A stretch of 64,000 nt of DNA from NCBI GenBank assembly GCA_965215265.1, contig OZ244048.1, positions 800,001 to 864,000 of the forward strand. The letters are read 5' to 3'. This stretch comes from Candidatus Poribacteria bacterium (GTDB taxonomy: Bacteria > Poribacteria > WGA-4E > WGA-3G). Shown here in pieces: positions 51,988-62,366 of this stretch (within the stretch, counting starts at the first letter, position 1; every line of letters begins with the position of its first letter). Made by a program: the position numbers and the translations under genes. A model generated the notes under the pieces. That model was not told the origin of the DNA, did no database searches, and was given only the letters and a program-made list of their open reading frames with translations.

Positions 51988-52260
51988 ATGAATATCTACG
52001 TTGGCAATGTGCCATACGCAGCGACAGAAACCGATATGGAAGAACTCTTTGGACAATACGGACCTGTGGCAACAGCCACAATTATTCGTGACCGGTACGA
52101 CGGTCGCTCCAAAGGGTTTGGCTTCGTTGAGATGGAAAATCAAGAGGATGGTGAGCGAGCGATAAAAGAATTGGATGGCCAAGATATGATGGGACGTCCG
52201 TTGAAAGTCAACCCTGCACGTCCTCGTGAAGAACGTCGGTCCCCGCGTAATTATGATTAG
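51988..52260 (+). CDS. RRM RNA-binding protein (Rbp type)
   Basis: RNP2 IYVGNV, RNP1 KGFGFVEM, GRPLKVN.ARPR; SD aaggag. Confidence 0.96.
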   Translation: MNIYVGNVPYAATETDMEELFGQYGPVATATIIRDRYDGRSKGFGFVEMENQEDGERAIKELDGQDMMGRPLKVNPARPREERRSPRNYD

Positions 52261-52335
52261 TAGCCCTTAAATACCGTGTAAGGGTTGCCTAGGTAGGCAC
52301 GAGTTACCTTAAACAAATTCGCGGTTAACAAATTG

Positions 52336-52390
52336 TGCCCCAGTCTGGAGCCATTTACAACTGGTTCCACCTGGGGCATTTCTGTTTTTT
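52336..52390 (+). terminator. Rho-independent terminator of the RRM gene
   Basis: tgcccca..tgga..tcca..tggggca stem followed by ttctgtttttt. Confidence 0.7.
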
Positions 52391-52445
52391 GAGAAAATGT
52401 AAAGCGGGAGCAGTTGCCCCCGCTCCAAGGACGTTTAGTGCAAGA

Positions 52446-53219
52446 TTAGTCTTTCCGCTTGAGATGTCCCCAAGTGACAGCAATTTTACCCGCTGGCTCA
52501 ACCGCTACCCCCAACGCAGTCAAACCGTTATTCATGACATCTGCAATATCATCATCGCTTAAAGGGGCATGGAAGATTGCAACCTCGTCCATTACCCCGG
52601 TGTACCAGTTGCCATCGCCATCCCAGACACCACAGCCCCCGATATTCACGTTAAAATCGGAACGCCCGTGGTTCGGCCAATTCCCTGTTACCTCCGTCGG
52701 AGTCCCATCAACATAAACTTTCGTGAACTCCCTTGTCGCAACTGCCGCAACATGGTGCCATTCACCAGGCGGATGTTCGTACGGGTTATTGTTAATACCC
52801 GCTGTGGGCGTCCACAGTGCAACAGTGGTTGGATTAATAAAACCGAATTCAGGAGAATCGTTCTGGCCTACCAATCCAATACGGTTTGCGGTGATGTTAC
52901 CAGGTTTAAGCCAAGCAACCAACGTAAATTCACGTACGCCATTTAGGAGTTTTTGGTTGGTATTGACGCAGTTGCTGGCACCATCGAATGCCAAGGCACC
53001 GCCAAAACGACCTTCTACCCAAACCGGCGCATTCACAATTGTACCGTCATTACCGTTGCCCGATGAGTCCACAGCCGTACTCCCTGTACCGTCATCAAAC
53101 AGCCAAATGCCCACAACGCTACTTGGGTCAATTGCAGCAAGACTACTGTTGACAGCGACAAAACTGATAAACATCAGACTCAGACTGAACAAGACAGCTA
53201 TTAAAACGTTAAATTTCAT
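52446..53219 (-). CDS. Secreted LamG-like jellyroll domain protein
   Basis: W.FDDG.G..A.DSSGNGNDG, GEWHHVAA, VYVDG, MDEVAIF; ends AVEPAGKIAVTWGHLK. Confidence 0.9.
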   Translation of the reverse strand: MKFNVLIAVLFSLSLMFISFVAVNSSLAAIDPSSVVGIWLFDDGTGSTAVDSSGNGNDGTIVNAPVWVEGRFGGALAFDGASNCVNTNQKLLNGVREFTLVAWLKPGNITANRIGLVGQNDSPEFGFINPTTVALWTPTAGINNNPYEHPPGEWHHVAAVATREFTKVYVDGTPTEVTGNWPNHGRSDFNVNIGGCGVWDGDGNWYTGVMDEVAIFHAPLSDDDIADVMNNGLTALGVAVEPAGKIAVTWGHLKRKD

Positions 53220-53334
53220 TTTACTCCTCTCGCTTTCTTAAGAGATTTACCCTGCTTCAAGGCGGGTATTTATCATATCATAGAACCACATCATAAACGC
53301 TTGCTCCAGCAATTTCTAACGCAGGAGTGTACCA

Positions 53335-53556
53335 CTGTTTTTGAGCAGCACGCGTATCTCGCTGTGGCCGGTGGAAACTTCAATAGATTTTCACATATTT
53401 TGCACAAAATTGCAAGTTCCTTATCCACAACGGAAACGAGGATTCGTTGATTTTCTGCCCCGGAATGCATCTCTGTTTTTGAGCAGCACGCGTATATTGT
53501 TGTGGACGTTAGAAACTCCAATATATTTTCACATATTTTGTATAAAATTGCAAGTT
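53335..53556. repeat. Direct repeat, 84-bp core at 138-bp spacing, in a divergent promoter region
   Basis: 53335-53418 vs 53473-53556, about 74/84 identical by eye. Confidence 0.9.
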
Positions 53557-53661
53557 TTTTTATTCTTGACATTTAAATGCTCAAAAGGTATCATATAAAA
53601 AAATAGAATAGAGAGGACATAACTATTATTCCAACCGATTCGCTTGGGATTGTAACCGAAA

Positions 53662-55674
53662 ATGAAAAAAAGAGTCATTATTGCACCGTTTCTAGTCATC
53701 TTTTGTTCAATACTCATCAAATCTCCCGCTGCGTTTGCAGTCGATTTTATCACCCTAGTCCGCGAATTTGGCGGCAAAGGGGCAACAGCCGGAGCATTTG
53801 GCAAAGAAATTCACATCGCTTTCCAAAAAAATATCTACGTTAGTGATACGAAACACCGACTCATACAGAAATTATCTCCAACCGGGGAATTCCTTTTCCA
53901 AATACCGGCAGACCCGGAATCTCACGAAAACATTTTGCGCAAACCACAGCATCTCGCTGTCGATAACGCAGGAAATATCTACGTCGCAGATCTAACCGCA
54001 CATCATATCCCTGATACAACTGAGCTGAAACTCTATATATTCGCGCCGTGCGTTCACAAATTCAGTCCAAGCGGGGAACTGCTAACTACCTACTTCGTAG
54101 ATGCCGTGAACGAACGTCCCCGCGTCGTTTTAACCGGTGCACTCATCGTTGACGCAGAAGGGAAAACGGCGTTTGGCATTCAACCGCGCGGGCATGACAG
54201 AGCCCTCCGTGTAGCTATCAATGCACAAAACCAACTCTACATTTTGGATGCACAACGCGGGCGTATCCATAAATTTGATGCCGACGGCGAAAAATTGAAC
54301 ACCTTCGGACGATACGGGGCAGGCGACGGCGAATTTGACACGGATGCATCTGACATCGCCATTGATATGAGAGGCAACGTCTTGGTTGCCGACACCGGTA
54401 ATCATCGCATCGTTAAATTTAACCCGGACGGAAAATTTCTGCAGAGCTTCGGACGAAAAGGACGCAACAACGGCGAATTCACCAAACCTATCGCACTCGC
54501 CGCCCTCCCAACAGGCGAGATTCTGGTTAAAGATGCCAGTCAATTTCGACGTAAAGTCGGTGGACTACCCGAAGTCATTGCACTGTCCCCAACACTCACG
54601 CAACTCTCCGAGGTAACCCCCGGGCAAACTGAACTGGCCGAAATGATTACAAATGCAACCCAGCCGCAATACGGCCCCTTTACACAAAACCCAGCCGCAA
54701 CAACTAACCTTACCTCATTGAACCGGCGCATCAGACTACTAGAGGAAGCAGAATATAGACGCTACTACGACGAGGAAGGCGATGAGGAAGATAAAGCAGA
54801 ATTGGCTCAAGAACTCAAACGAAAGGACATCCGCTTGTCCCTTTTACATAATGTTATCTCACGCATTCAGAAGTTTGACAGCAACGGTAGGTATACAGGG
54901 CGAATCATTTACGAAACCGATCAGCTCAGCGAGGAAAAACACGACCTCGCTTTTCTGGCACTTGATCCTGCAGGGCATCTCTATCTCCGAGATCCGAGCG
55001 AATTTACCATCGCGCAATATGCAATCACTGGATTTACTATTAAGCCTTCACACATGAACGGGTTTTATAGCGCGCGCGCCGCTAATCTGGATAACGAGTA
55101 CCTTGAAGATTATGAAGACATTGATATCTCAACCGATGTACAAGATCAACTCAGTCAATTGGAATTCAAAAATCTATTGGGCTGGACGTATAGCCTTTCT
55201 GAACGGTGGCAACTCACATTTCTAGACGAATTTACCTACAGCGAACAGGATGAACGGTATGTGACGCCCGCTAAGATAGAGGATAGTTACGATTTTGATA
55301 CGCAAGCATTGGAAAATGCATTCGCTGCAAATCTGAAATTCATCACGAACTCCAATCCTTACCGGTATAAAGAGCTCAACCTCTCTATCGGCCGCGTAGA
55401 TGGAACCTCCGATTTGACGCAAGACGCCCTCTTTCCAGAACTCAATCGACAGCACCGAAGTGACACTGGCGACGCAAACTCCACCGTCATTGAATTCAAT
55501 TGGGATATTTGGACAAAGACAAATCTATGGCTCCGCTACGCTGACCTGAATCCCGCAGAAACCAGTCGTAATTTTGTCCGGCGGTTTTACGATGTCTCCG
55601 GGGATCTTTACGAGGTCTTCGGAAGCCGCAATCAGGCACGGCAATTCTTAGGCGAACTCACCATAAAGTTCTAA
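53662..55674 (+). CDS. Secreted NHL-repeat beta-propeller protein with possible C-terminal beta-barrel
   Basis: IYVSD, GNIYVAD, VADTGNHRI.KF..DG, FG..G...GEF; ends FLGELTIKF. Confidence 0.85.
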   Translation: MKKRVIIAPFLVIFCSILIKSPAAFAVDFITLVREFGGKGATAGAFGKEIHIAFQKNIYVSDTKHRLIQKLSPTGEFLFQIPADPESHENILRKPQHLAVDNAGNIYVADLTAHHIPDTTELKLYIFAPCVHKFSPSGELLTTYFVDAVNERPRVVLTGALIVDAEGKTAFGIQPRGHDRALRVAINAQNQLYILDAQRGRIHKFDADGEKLNTFGRYGAGDGEFDTDASDIAIDMRGNVLVADTGNHRIVKFNPDGKFLQSFGRKGRNNGEFTKPIALAALPTGEILVKDASQFRRKVGGLPEVIALSPTLTQLSEVTPGQTELAEMITNATQPQYGPFTQNPAATTNLTSLNRRIRLLEEAEYRRYYDEEGDEEDKAELAQELKRKDIRLSLLHNVISRIQKFDSNGRYTGRIIYETDQLSEEKHDLAFLALDPAGHLYLRDPSEFTIAQYAITGFTIKPSHMNGFYSARAANLDNEYLEDYEDIDISTDVQDQLSQLEFKNLLGWTYSLSERWQLTFLDEFTYSEQDERYVTPAKIEDSYDFDTQALENAFAANLKFITNSNPYRYKELNLSIGRVDGTSDLTQDALFPELNRQHRSDTGDANSTVIEFNWDIWTKTNLWLRYADLNPAETSRNFVRRFYDVSGDLYEVFGSRNQARQFLGELTIKF

Positions 55675-55748
55675 AAATCTCTGACCTGACACCATCTCAC
55701 ACCATCTGACACCATAGAAACTTTATAAACACCTACGGATATAACATA

Positions 55749-56714
55749 ATGGAATTCAGAGCACTCTACCCTGAAGAATTAGAAGCGTGGTTTGATCACG
55801 TCACACATGTGTTCTCAGGAAACAGGCAATATTTTGTCAACCATTGGGAAAACGACCCGTGGAAAGATATAGAAGGCATCCGCGTCGCCGTTGACGCTGG
55901 AAAAATTGTGAGCACCCTCCGCGTCTTCATCCGCCAGATGTTCCTCCATGGCGAACCACTCCCTGTCGGAGGCATCGGCGAAGTCAGCACACAGACCGAA
56001 TATCAGCGACGGGGACTCGCCACACAACTTCTCAAGGATGCCATCCGTTTTATGGAAGAACGCGATATCGCACTCTCATCTCTACACGGAAGCCAGCGCA
56101 TCTATTCTGTTGAAGGCTGGGAAAAAATCCCGCGCTTTTATGCACGAGAAACTTTTGCAGCCAAAACAGCTCAAACCGCACAGTGGAACATCCGACGAAT
56201 CAACTTCCAATCTCAAACCGAACTCAACCAAATTGCCACGCTTTATGATGGATACGCTCGAAAATTCAACGGCACATTCGTTAGAGATGACAAGGCGTAT
56301 TGGACAGATTGGGTGAAAACTGAATCACCCAATACATGGGGGGCAGAAAAAGACGGCACCTTTGAAGCCTACGTCTCAGTTACACACAACGAACGCCTAA
56401 ATATTGAAGAATTCGCTGTTGCTGAGACGCTATTTGCACAAGATAAAGGCAAACACCTTTTTGAAACTCTAATCCGTGCTATAATTGCTGAGATGGATGC
56501 AGAATCGATTGAAGTTGTCTATCCAGCACCTATCGCTAACGGTTTTAATGCCCCGGCGATTGAGGAACATAGCAGCGCGATGTATCGCGTCATTCAACCT
56601 ACCGCACTTTTCGATTCCTTCGATTCAATTCCGAGCCTGTTACACAATCAACCGCAATCTTTGGCACAAGGCATCAGGTCGCATCATATCTTTTGGTATA
56701 CCGATGGATTTTAG
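55749..56714 (+). CDS. GNAT (Eis-like) acetyltransferase
   Basis: GGIGEVST..EYQRRGLA..L acetyl-CoA motif. Confidence 0.88.
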   Translation: MEFRALYPEELEAWFDHVTHVFSGNRQYFVNHWENDPWKDIEGIRVAVDAGKIVSTLRVFIRQMFLHGEPLPVGGIGEVSTQTEYQRRGLATQLLKDAIRFMEERDIALSSLHGSQRIYSVEGWEKIPRFYARETFAAKTAQTAQWNIRRINFQSQTELNQIATLYDGYARKFNGTFVRDDKAYWTDWVKTESPNTWGAEKDGTFEAYVSVTHNERLNIEEFAVAETLFAQDKGKHLFETLIRAIIAEMDAESIEVVYPAPIANGFNAPAIEEHSSAMYRVIQPTALFDSFDSIPSLLHNQPQSLAQGIRSHHIFWYTDGF

Positions 56715-56731
56715 AGATGAATGCAGAACAG

Positions 56732-56772
56732 ATAAAAATCGCAAAACTGCGTGTTGGCGTTATGGGTTGTAG
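56732..56772 (+). repeat. Degenerate copy of the 5' end of the 58597 oxidoreductase gene
   Basis: 37/41 identical to 58591-58631; ATG changed to ATC. Confidence 0.85.
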
Positions 56773-56805
56773 GCAAAAATAAATGAGCAATTAAATTGAC
56801 ACATA

Positions 56806-58173
56806 TCACTTGATGATGCCTTGCTGCTTTAATCTCGCAATCAATTTCGCCTGTGTGCCTTGTCCCTTCGTCGAATTACATGCTCCACAGAGCAGCTGCA
56901 GGTTCTCCTCATGGTCCGTTCCACCTTGTGACCGCGGTATGATGTGATCCACTGTCATGTTACGAAACGGAAAATGCATCCCACACCCATTACAGAAGCC
57001 CTCTTGCTTGCCATACAAAGTGTGCTTGTGTGTGCGGTAATTCGGCAGCTTCTCACTCCGTTTAGGGATGTCAGTGCGATGGATAACACGCCCGAGTAGT
57101 CCTACCTCTTTCTCCAATCGTAGCCGGACGAGATCAACGGCTTTCGGTGAGATATCAATACCGAGCCACTGTCTTCCCAGTCGCTCTGCCGCTACACACG
57201 TCGTCGCACAGCCACAGAAGGGATCTAGTACAACATCCGCTTCATTGGTGCTCGCCTTGATGATACGTTCTAATAAAGCGACAGGTTTTTGGGTAGGGTA
57301 GCCGGTGGATTCCTTTGCTCTCGCATTGAGTGCACCGATCTCTGTCCAATTATCCAATGCAGGACGCCCTTTAGATTCATCCGCATAACGTTTATAGTTC
57401 GGAATCTTGACCCGGGAACCTGGGGTGATGCTCTCGTGGACGATGCGCCCTTCCGCTAACCATTGGCGTGCCTGCTCTTCACTCATCCTCCAATTTCTTG
57501 TAACGCCCAAAAATTCGTAGCGATGCCCTCCAGTGCCTGGCGCATTCAAATCAGAAGCACGAAAGCGTCGCCCATGTTCGTCTGTATAAGTGTAATGCGA
57601 TTTCAGATAATCTTCACTCAGCGGAGTATATTGAAGATTGAATTTGGAGGCAGGCAATCCGTAAAACAGGATAATATCATGTCCTCTACCAAAACGGGAT
57701 TTAACATTATTTTTCGTGCCCGTCGCTGAATTCCACACAATTTCATTCTTAAAGTTTGCTTTCCCAAACACGGCATCCATCAACCCTTTGAGATAATGGC
57801 TGGCGGTCGGATCGCAATGCAGATAGATACTGCCGCTCTGTTTCAAGACGCGTTTCATCTCTAACAACCGCACCGCCATCATGATCAGGTAAGACTTCAT
57901 ACTTTTCCCGTGTGTCAACTCAGCGGCGTGAATCGCTTGATACAACGCGGGCTCCCGGTCGGCAATCTCGCCATGCCATGCATTATCCACATCCGACAGC
58001 GTCCACGTGTCTTTAAAAGCGGCACCCGCTGCCTTGCTACCGATAGGTGCAGCATAGCTCCGATTGGAATTAAAGGGCGGATCCAGATAAATCAGATCCA
58101 CTGATTCCGTATCTAAACCCCGAAGAATCAGCAAATTATCATGAGAGAAAATGGTTCGGTTTGCGAAATTCAT
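56806..58173 (-). CDS. N6A/N4C DNA methyltransferase fused to C-terminal HNH endonuclease
   Basis: IYLDPPF, YPTQKP, LDPFCGCATT; CNGC..VDHIIPRSQGG..NLQLLC..CN..K. Confidence 0.92.
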   Translation of the reverse strand: MNFANRTIFSHDNLLILRGLDTESVDLIYLDPPFNSNRSYAAPIGSKAAGAAFKDTWTLSDVDNAWHGEIADREPALYQAIHAAELTHGKSMKSYLIMMAVRLLEMKRVLKQSGSIYLHCDPTASHYLKGLMDAVFGKANFKNEIVWNSATGTKNNVKSRFGRGHDIILFYGLPASKFNLQYTPLSEDYLKSHYTYTDEHGRRFRASDLNAPGTGGHRYEFLGVTRNWRMSEEQARQWLAEGRIVHESITPGSRVKIPNYKRYADESKGRPALDNWTEIGALNARAKESTGYPTQKPVALLERIIKASTNEADVVLDPFCGCATTCVAAERLGRQWLGIDISPKAVDLVRLRLEKEVGLLGRVIHRTDIPKRSEKLPNYRTHKHTLYGKQEGFCNGCGMHFPFRNMTVDHIIPRSQGGTDHEENLQLLCGACNSTKGQGTQAKLIARLKQQGIIK

Positions 58174-58387
58174 AATTGATTTATTGCTACCCATTATATC
58201 AGGTATACCTCTCAACATATTCACCAACTTAATAAACGTCCACGACACCTTTTTGCAGTTCGGTGAGTAAGCCGAGGTTTCAACGCCATCCCAAGCGTCT
58301 CATTCTAAAAGTGGATTATAGAGTGTTTCTCGTTAAATAATGGGATAGTGGGTTTTCCTAAGTATCGCTTTTGACTCTTTTGTGTTA

Positions 58388-58416
58388 AGTATAACATAAG
58401 TCGCCAAAAATGTCAA
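58388..58416 (-). promoter_or_regulatory. Promoter of the MTase-HNH gene
   Basis: TTGACA-17-TATACT on the minus strand. Confidence 0.6.
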
Positions 58417-58596
58417 AAAAAGCTGACCAAAATTTACGATTTATGCTGAACTCAAACTGTTTAGCTGCTGCTAAAAAAAAATTGACTTCTAATCCGGCAC
58501 GGTATAGAATCCTTTCTATAGCAAAAAAGTGAACTCAAAACCTCTTGTTTTCGGTTTTCTGTAGTTTGAAGCTAAGGGACAGAGGAGGATATAAAA

Positions 58597-59595
58597 ATGG
58601 CGAAACTACGTGTTGGCGTTATTGGTTGTAGCGGAATAGGTACGACACATACATCAGGACTAGTCAGTTTGCCGAACGTCGAATTGGCCGCCGGCTGTGA
58701 TTTTGTGCAAAGCACATTAGATGCTTTCAAAGAAAAATATCGGGACAATTGGGATAACATCGCCTTGTATACCAACCATCAGGAGATGCTTGCCACTGAG
58801 GATATAGACATCGTCACGGTGGCGACTTCTGATCACCGGCACGCGGACCTCGTCGTTGATGCAGCAAATGCTGGGGTGAAAGGTATCTTCTGTGAAAAAC
58901 CGATGGCAACCAGCATTGAAGATGCGGACAGAATGTTGGAAGCAACCGAACGAAATGGCACAATTTTATCCATCGATCACACGCGTCGGTGGCAGCCTTT
59001 GTGGCGGCATACCAAAGAAGAGGTTGTTGGTAAAGGTATTATCGGCAATGTGCAATATATCATCGGCACCCTAAGCGGCGGGCGTGCCATGCTCTTCCGC
59101 AACGGCACACATCTCGTCGACGCAATCTGCTACTTTGCCGATTCAGACCCGGAGTGGGTCTCTGCCGAATTAGAAGCTGGCTATGAAGATTATAGCAAAT
59201 ATAAAGGCGATGGCGGGCATGTCCCGGCGACAGAGCCATCAGCACACGGGTACATCCACTTTGCAAACGGCGTACGCGGCTATTATGCAGGCGGTCCGAA
59301 AACAACGCTCTCCGGATTCCGAACTGAAATTGTCGGAACTAACGGCTACATCCTCATCAGTGACAAAGGTGCAACACTACACCAAGGCGATGTAGTCGAG
59401 CCGATCGAGGCACCGACGTGGGATGTTGTGGGCATTCCGGCGGGGGTCCAAGAACTGGTCTGCCTTGTAGCCGAAGGCGGAAAACCTGTCTCCCCTGGGA
59501 CTGAAGGATATAAAGTTGTCCAGATTATCATCGGCTTCTTAACCTCGCAACAGCGTGATAATGGGAAAGTCAAACTGCCATTGTCTAACGGTTAA
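58597..59595 (+). CDS. Gfo/Idh/MocA oxidoreductase
   Basis: VGVIGCSGIG, CEKPMA, GTHLVD; SD gaggagg. Confidence 0.93.
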   Translation: MAKLRVGVIGCSGIGTTHTSGLVSLPNVELAAGCDFVQSTLDAFKEKYRDNWDNIALYTNHQEMLATEDIDIVTVATSDHRHADLVVDAANAGVKGIFCEKPMATSIEDADRMLEATERNGTILSIDHTRRWQPLWRHTKEEVVGKGIIGNVQYIIGTLSGGRAMLFRNGTHLVDAICYFADSDPEWVSAELEAGYEDYSKYKGDGGHVPATEPSAHGYIHFANGVRGYYAGGPKTTLSGFRTEIVGTNGYILISDKGATLHQGDVVEPIEAPTWDVVGIPAGVQELVCLVAEGGKPVSPGTEGYKVVQIIIGFLTSQQRDNGKVKLPLSNG

Positions 59596-59676
59596 CTTTA
59601 CTCTGGAACACTAAGACGCGAAAACAGTAGGACCATTTACACGAAGGCTGCGTTTGCACCAACGTGTCGAAACGTG

Positions 59677-60774
59677 TCAATCGGCTTTTAAGACAATCGC
59701 GTTCTCAGGTGCCCAATTCAGAGACACCGTATCTCCGTGTTGAAATCGTTTTGCTTCTGCGGTGCCGCTGTTTTGCTGTTGAACGAGCACGGGGGTTGGA
59801 TAGTCTGTTTGCACGGTGTATTGGCGCGTCGTCCCGAGATAACTTTCGTCCTGAATTACGCCGCTTAACAGATTTGTTGAAGTCTCGCCTGCCAAAGGTG
59901 CGATATCAATCCGTTCTGGCCGAATCGCCACCGTGACAGGTTTATCTACTGGTACATCGCTATTGAGCATGCCAATTATCTTGACGGGCTGCTCCATCGC
60001 CAATTCAACTTCTGCTGACTTGTGATGGCAGCGGACAAGCGTCCCCTCAAAAAAATTAGAGGTGCCGATAAAATCCGCTACAAATCGGCTTTGAGGTGAA
60101 TCATAGATCTCAGAAGGCGTGCCGACTTGAAAGATTTTTCCTGCCGCCATCACCGCGATCCGGTCAGACAGTGCCAGGGCCTCGCCTTGGTCGTGCGTCA
60201 CATAGATAAACGTAATCCCAACTTGACGTTGTAGCGTTTTTAGTTCCTGCTGCATCTGCCTCCGGAGCTTAAGATCAAGTGCTGCCAGAGGCTCATCTAA
60301 AAGGAGAATCGTCGGGTGATTAATCAAAGCACGTGCTAATGCCACCCGTTGCTTTTCGCCTCCGGAAAGTTCGTTCGGTTTCCGAGCTCCATAACCCGTT
60401 AACCGAATTAATTCCAGAAAACGTTCCACTTCGGATGCCGTTCGAGTTTTGGACACCTTCTTCATCTGTAACCCAAATGCGATATTTTGCGCCACGGTTT
60501 TGTGTGGAAATAACGCGTAATTTTGAAATACGGTGTTGACAGGCCGGCGATACGGCGGTGTCTGTGTCATTGACTCACCGTTGATGAAAACTTCACCCGC
60601 TGTCGGGTACACAAACCCACCAATAATACGCAACGTCGTCGTTTTCCCACATCCGCTCGGTCCCAGTATTGAGAAGAATTCGCCGCTCTCCACTTGAAGC
60701 GACACGTCATCAACAGCCACCGTGTTACCGAACTGCTTTGTTACTGATGTAAGGGTGATTTGTCCTATTGACAT
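59677..60774 (-). CDS. potA: Polyamine (PotA-type) ABC ATPase with TOBE domain
   Basis: GPSGCGKTT, VFQNYALFPH, LSGGEKQR, DEPLAALD, VTHDQ. Confidence 0.85.
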   Translation of the reverse strand: MSIGQITLTSVTKQFGNTVAVDDVSLQVESGEFFSILGPSGCGKTTTLRIIGGFVYPTAGEVFINGESMTQTPPYRRPVNTVFQNYALFPHKTVAQNIAFGLQMKKVSKTRTASEVERFLELIRLTGYGARKPNELSGGEKQRVALARALINHPTILLLDEPLAALDLKLRRQMQQELKTLQRQVGITFIYVTHDQGEALALSDRIAVMAAGKIFQVGTPSEIYDSPQSRFVADFIGTSNFFEGTLVRCHHKSAEVELAMEQPVKIIGMLNSDVPVDKPVTVAIRPERIDIAPLAGETSTNLLSGVIQDESYLGTTRQYTVQTDYPTPVLVQQQNSGTAEAKRFQHGDTVSLNWAPENAIVLKAD

Positions 60775-61043
60775 ACGCAATGCCACTCGAAACCTATCGC
60801 AGCCTATCTGATGCCCTCTCTTCTCTTCGCGTCCTGTTCCCTTTTCTACTCTCCTACTTCTTAAAAATACCACATTTTCATGGCGAAGTCAACACTTTTT
60901 CAAAACAGTGCTGAGGTATGCTATCAGTTTCTGCACCTCGGCTTGATCTGCTTGCCTTGACCTCCCCCTATTTTTATGATAAAATAATAATACTCGTGCA
61001 AAACGTCAGGGCTCTTGCATTTTGTAGCAGAAGGAGAAATTTC

Positions 61044-62366
61044 ATGGACCACTTACTCACAGCACGCGCACAGATGGCGATGTCCCTTGCATTTCACATT
61101 ATTTTTGCCGCTGTAGGAATGGCCATGCCGCTTTTGATGGTGATAGCTGAAGGGTTATGGCTGAAAACACAATCAAAAGTTTATCTCACACTTGCGAAGC
61201 AGTGGGCAAAAGGAACAGCCATACTGTTTGCTGTCGGAGCCGTTTCTGGTACAGTGCTCTCTTTCGAACTCGGACTGTTGTGGCCGACGTTCATGAATTA
61301 CGCAGGTCCCATCATCGGGATGCCGTTCTCCTTAGAGGGCCTCGCCTTCTTCTTAGAGGCAATCTTCCTCGGTATCTATCTCTACGGTTGGGAACGTGTC
61401 CCGCGCTATGCACATTGGTTCGCCGGCGTAATGGTCCTGGTAAATGGGACGTTATCCGGTATCTTTGTCGTCACTGCAAACGCGTGGATGAACACTCCCG
61501 CGGGTTTCTCAATTGTGAATGGAGTCGTTACAGACATAGACCCCATTGCAGCGATGCTGAACCCTTCTGCATTTAGTCAGGCACTGCACATGTGCTTGGC
61601 GGCGTTTCTCGCTGTGGCGTTTGCAACTGCAGGAATTCATGCATATTACCTCAGGCGGGACACAAGCAACGTTTTCCATCGCAAAGCGTTCGCGATAGCG
61701 CTTAGCGTCGGGGGTGTCATGGCTTTGCTCCAACCGATTTCAGGCGATATCAGCGCCAAACGTCTCGCTAAGCACCAGCCTATCAAACTCGCAGCGATGG
61801 AGGGACAGTGGGTGACAGAACACGGTGCGCCTTTACGCATCGGAGGTATTCCGCTTGAAGCCCTTGAAGAGACGCGATATTCGATTGAAATCCCCAAGGC
61901 ACTTAGTTTTCTCGCCCACTCTGATTTTAACGCCAAGATTATGGGGCTTAAGGACGTACCGAAAGAGAACCGGCCACCTGTTGCAATTGTGCATATAGCA
62001 TTCCAAATCATGGTGGCGTGCGGGATAGTAATGCTTGTCGCCGGATGCCTCGGCGGATGGCTCGCATGGCGCCGGAAACGCCTCCCCACGGAACATTGGT
62101 ACCTACGGTTTGTCACACTCTGCACACCCCTCGGATTCATTGCAATTGAAGCAGGTTGGACTGTGACAGAAGTCGGGCGGCAGCCATGGGTTATCTATAA
62201 TGTGATGCGTACAGCGGATGCGGTAACACCGATGCCAAACCTTATTGTGCCATTCATCAGTTTTACCGTGCTTTACATTTTTCTCTCTATTATCGTTGTT
62301 ATTCTGTTACGTCGTCTCTTTCGCTCAACACTTGCAAAAGCCATGTCGGCAGAAGGGGAAATCTGA
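61044..62366 (+). CDS. cydA: Cytochrome bd oxidase subunit I
   Basis: FHIIF, FFLEA, NAWM, QPIKLAAME, GW...EVGRQPW; SD aaggag. Confidence 0.96.
   Translation: MDHLLTARAQMAMSLAFHIIFAAVGMAMPLLMVIAEGLWLKTQSKVYLTLAKQWAKGTAILFAVGAVSGTVLSFELGLLWPTFMNYAGPIIGMPFSLEGLAFFLEAIFLGIYLYGWERVPRYAHWFAGVMVLVNGTLSGIFVVTANAWMNTPAGFSIVNGVVTDIDPIAAMLNPSAFSQALHMCLAAFLAVAFATAGIHAYYLRRDTSNVFHRKAFAIALSVGGVMALLQPISGDISAKRLAKHQPIKLAAMEGQWVTEHGAPLRIGGIPLEALEETRYSIEIPKALSFLAHSDFNAKIMGLKDVPKENRPPVAIVHIAFQIMVACGIVMLVAGCLGGWLAWRRKRLPTEHWYLRFVTLCTPLGFIAIEAGWTVTEVGRQPWVIYNVMRTADAVTPMPNLIVPFISFTVLYIFLSIIVVILLRRLFRSTLAKAMSAEGEI

Noticed and set aside
53291-53572. Cys-rich 93-aa ORF with an internal repeat
   Set aside because: It appears to be a translation of the non-coding 138-bp duplication in a promoter region; no SD and no recognisable family.
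55682-55716. Short (ga/ca)caccatct tandem
   Set aside because: Only about three degenerate 10-bp units with no functional context.
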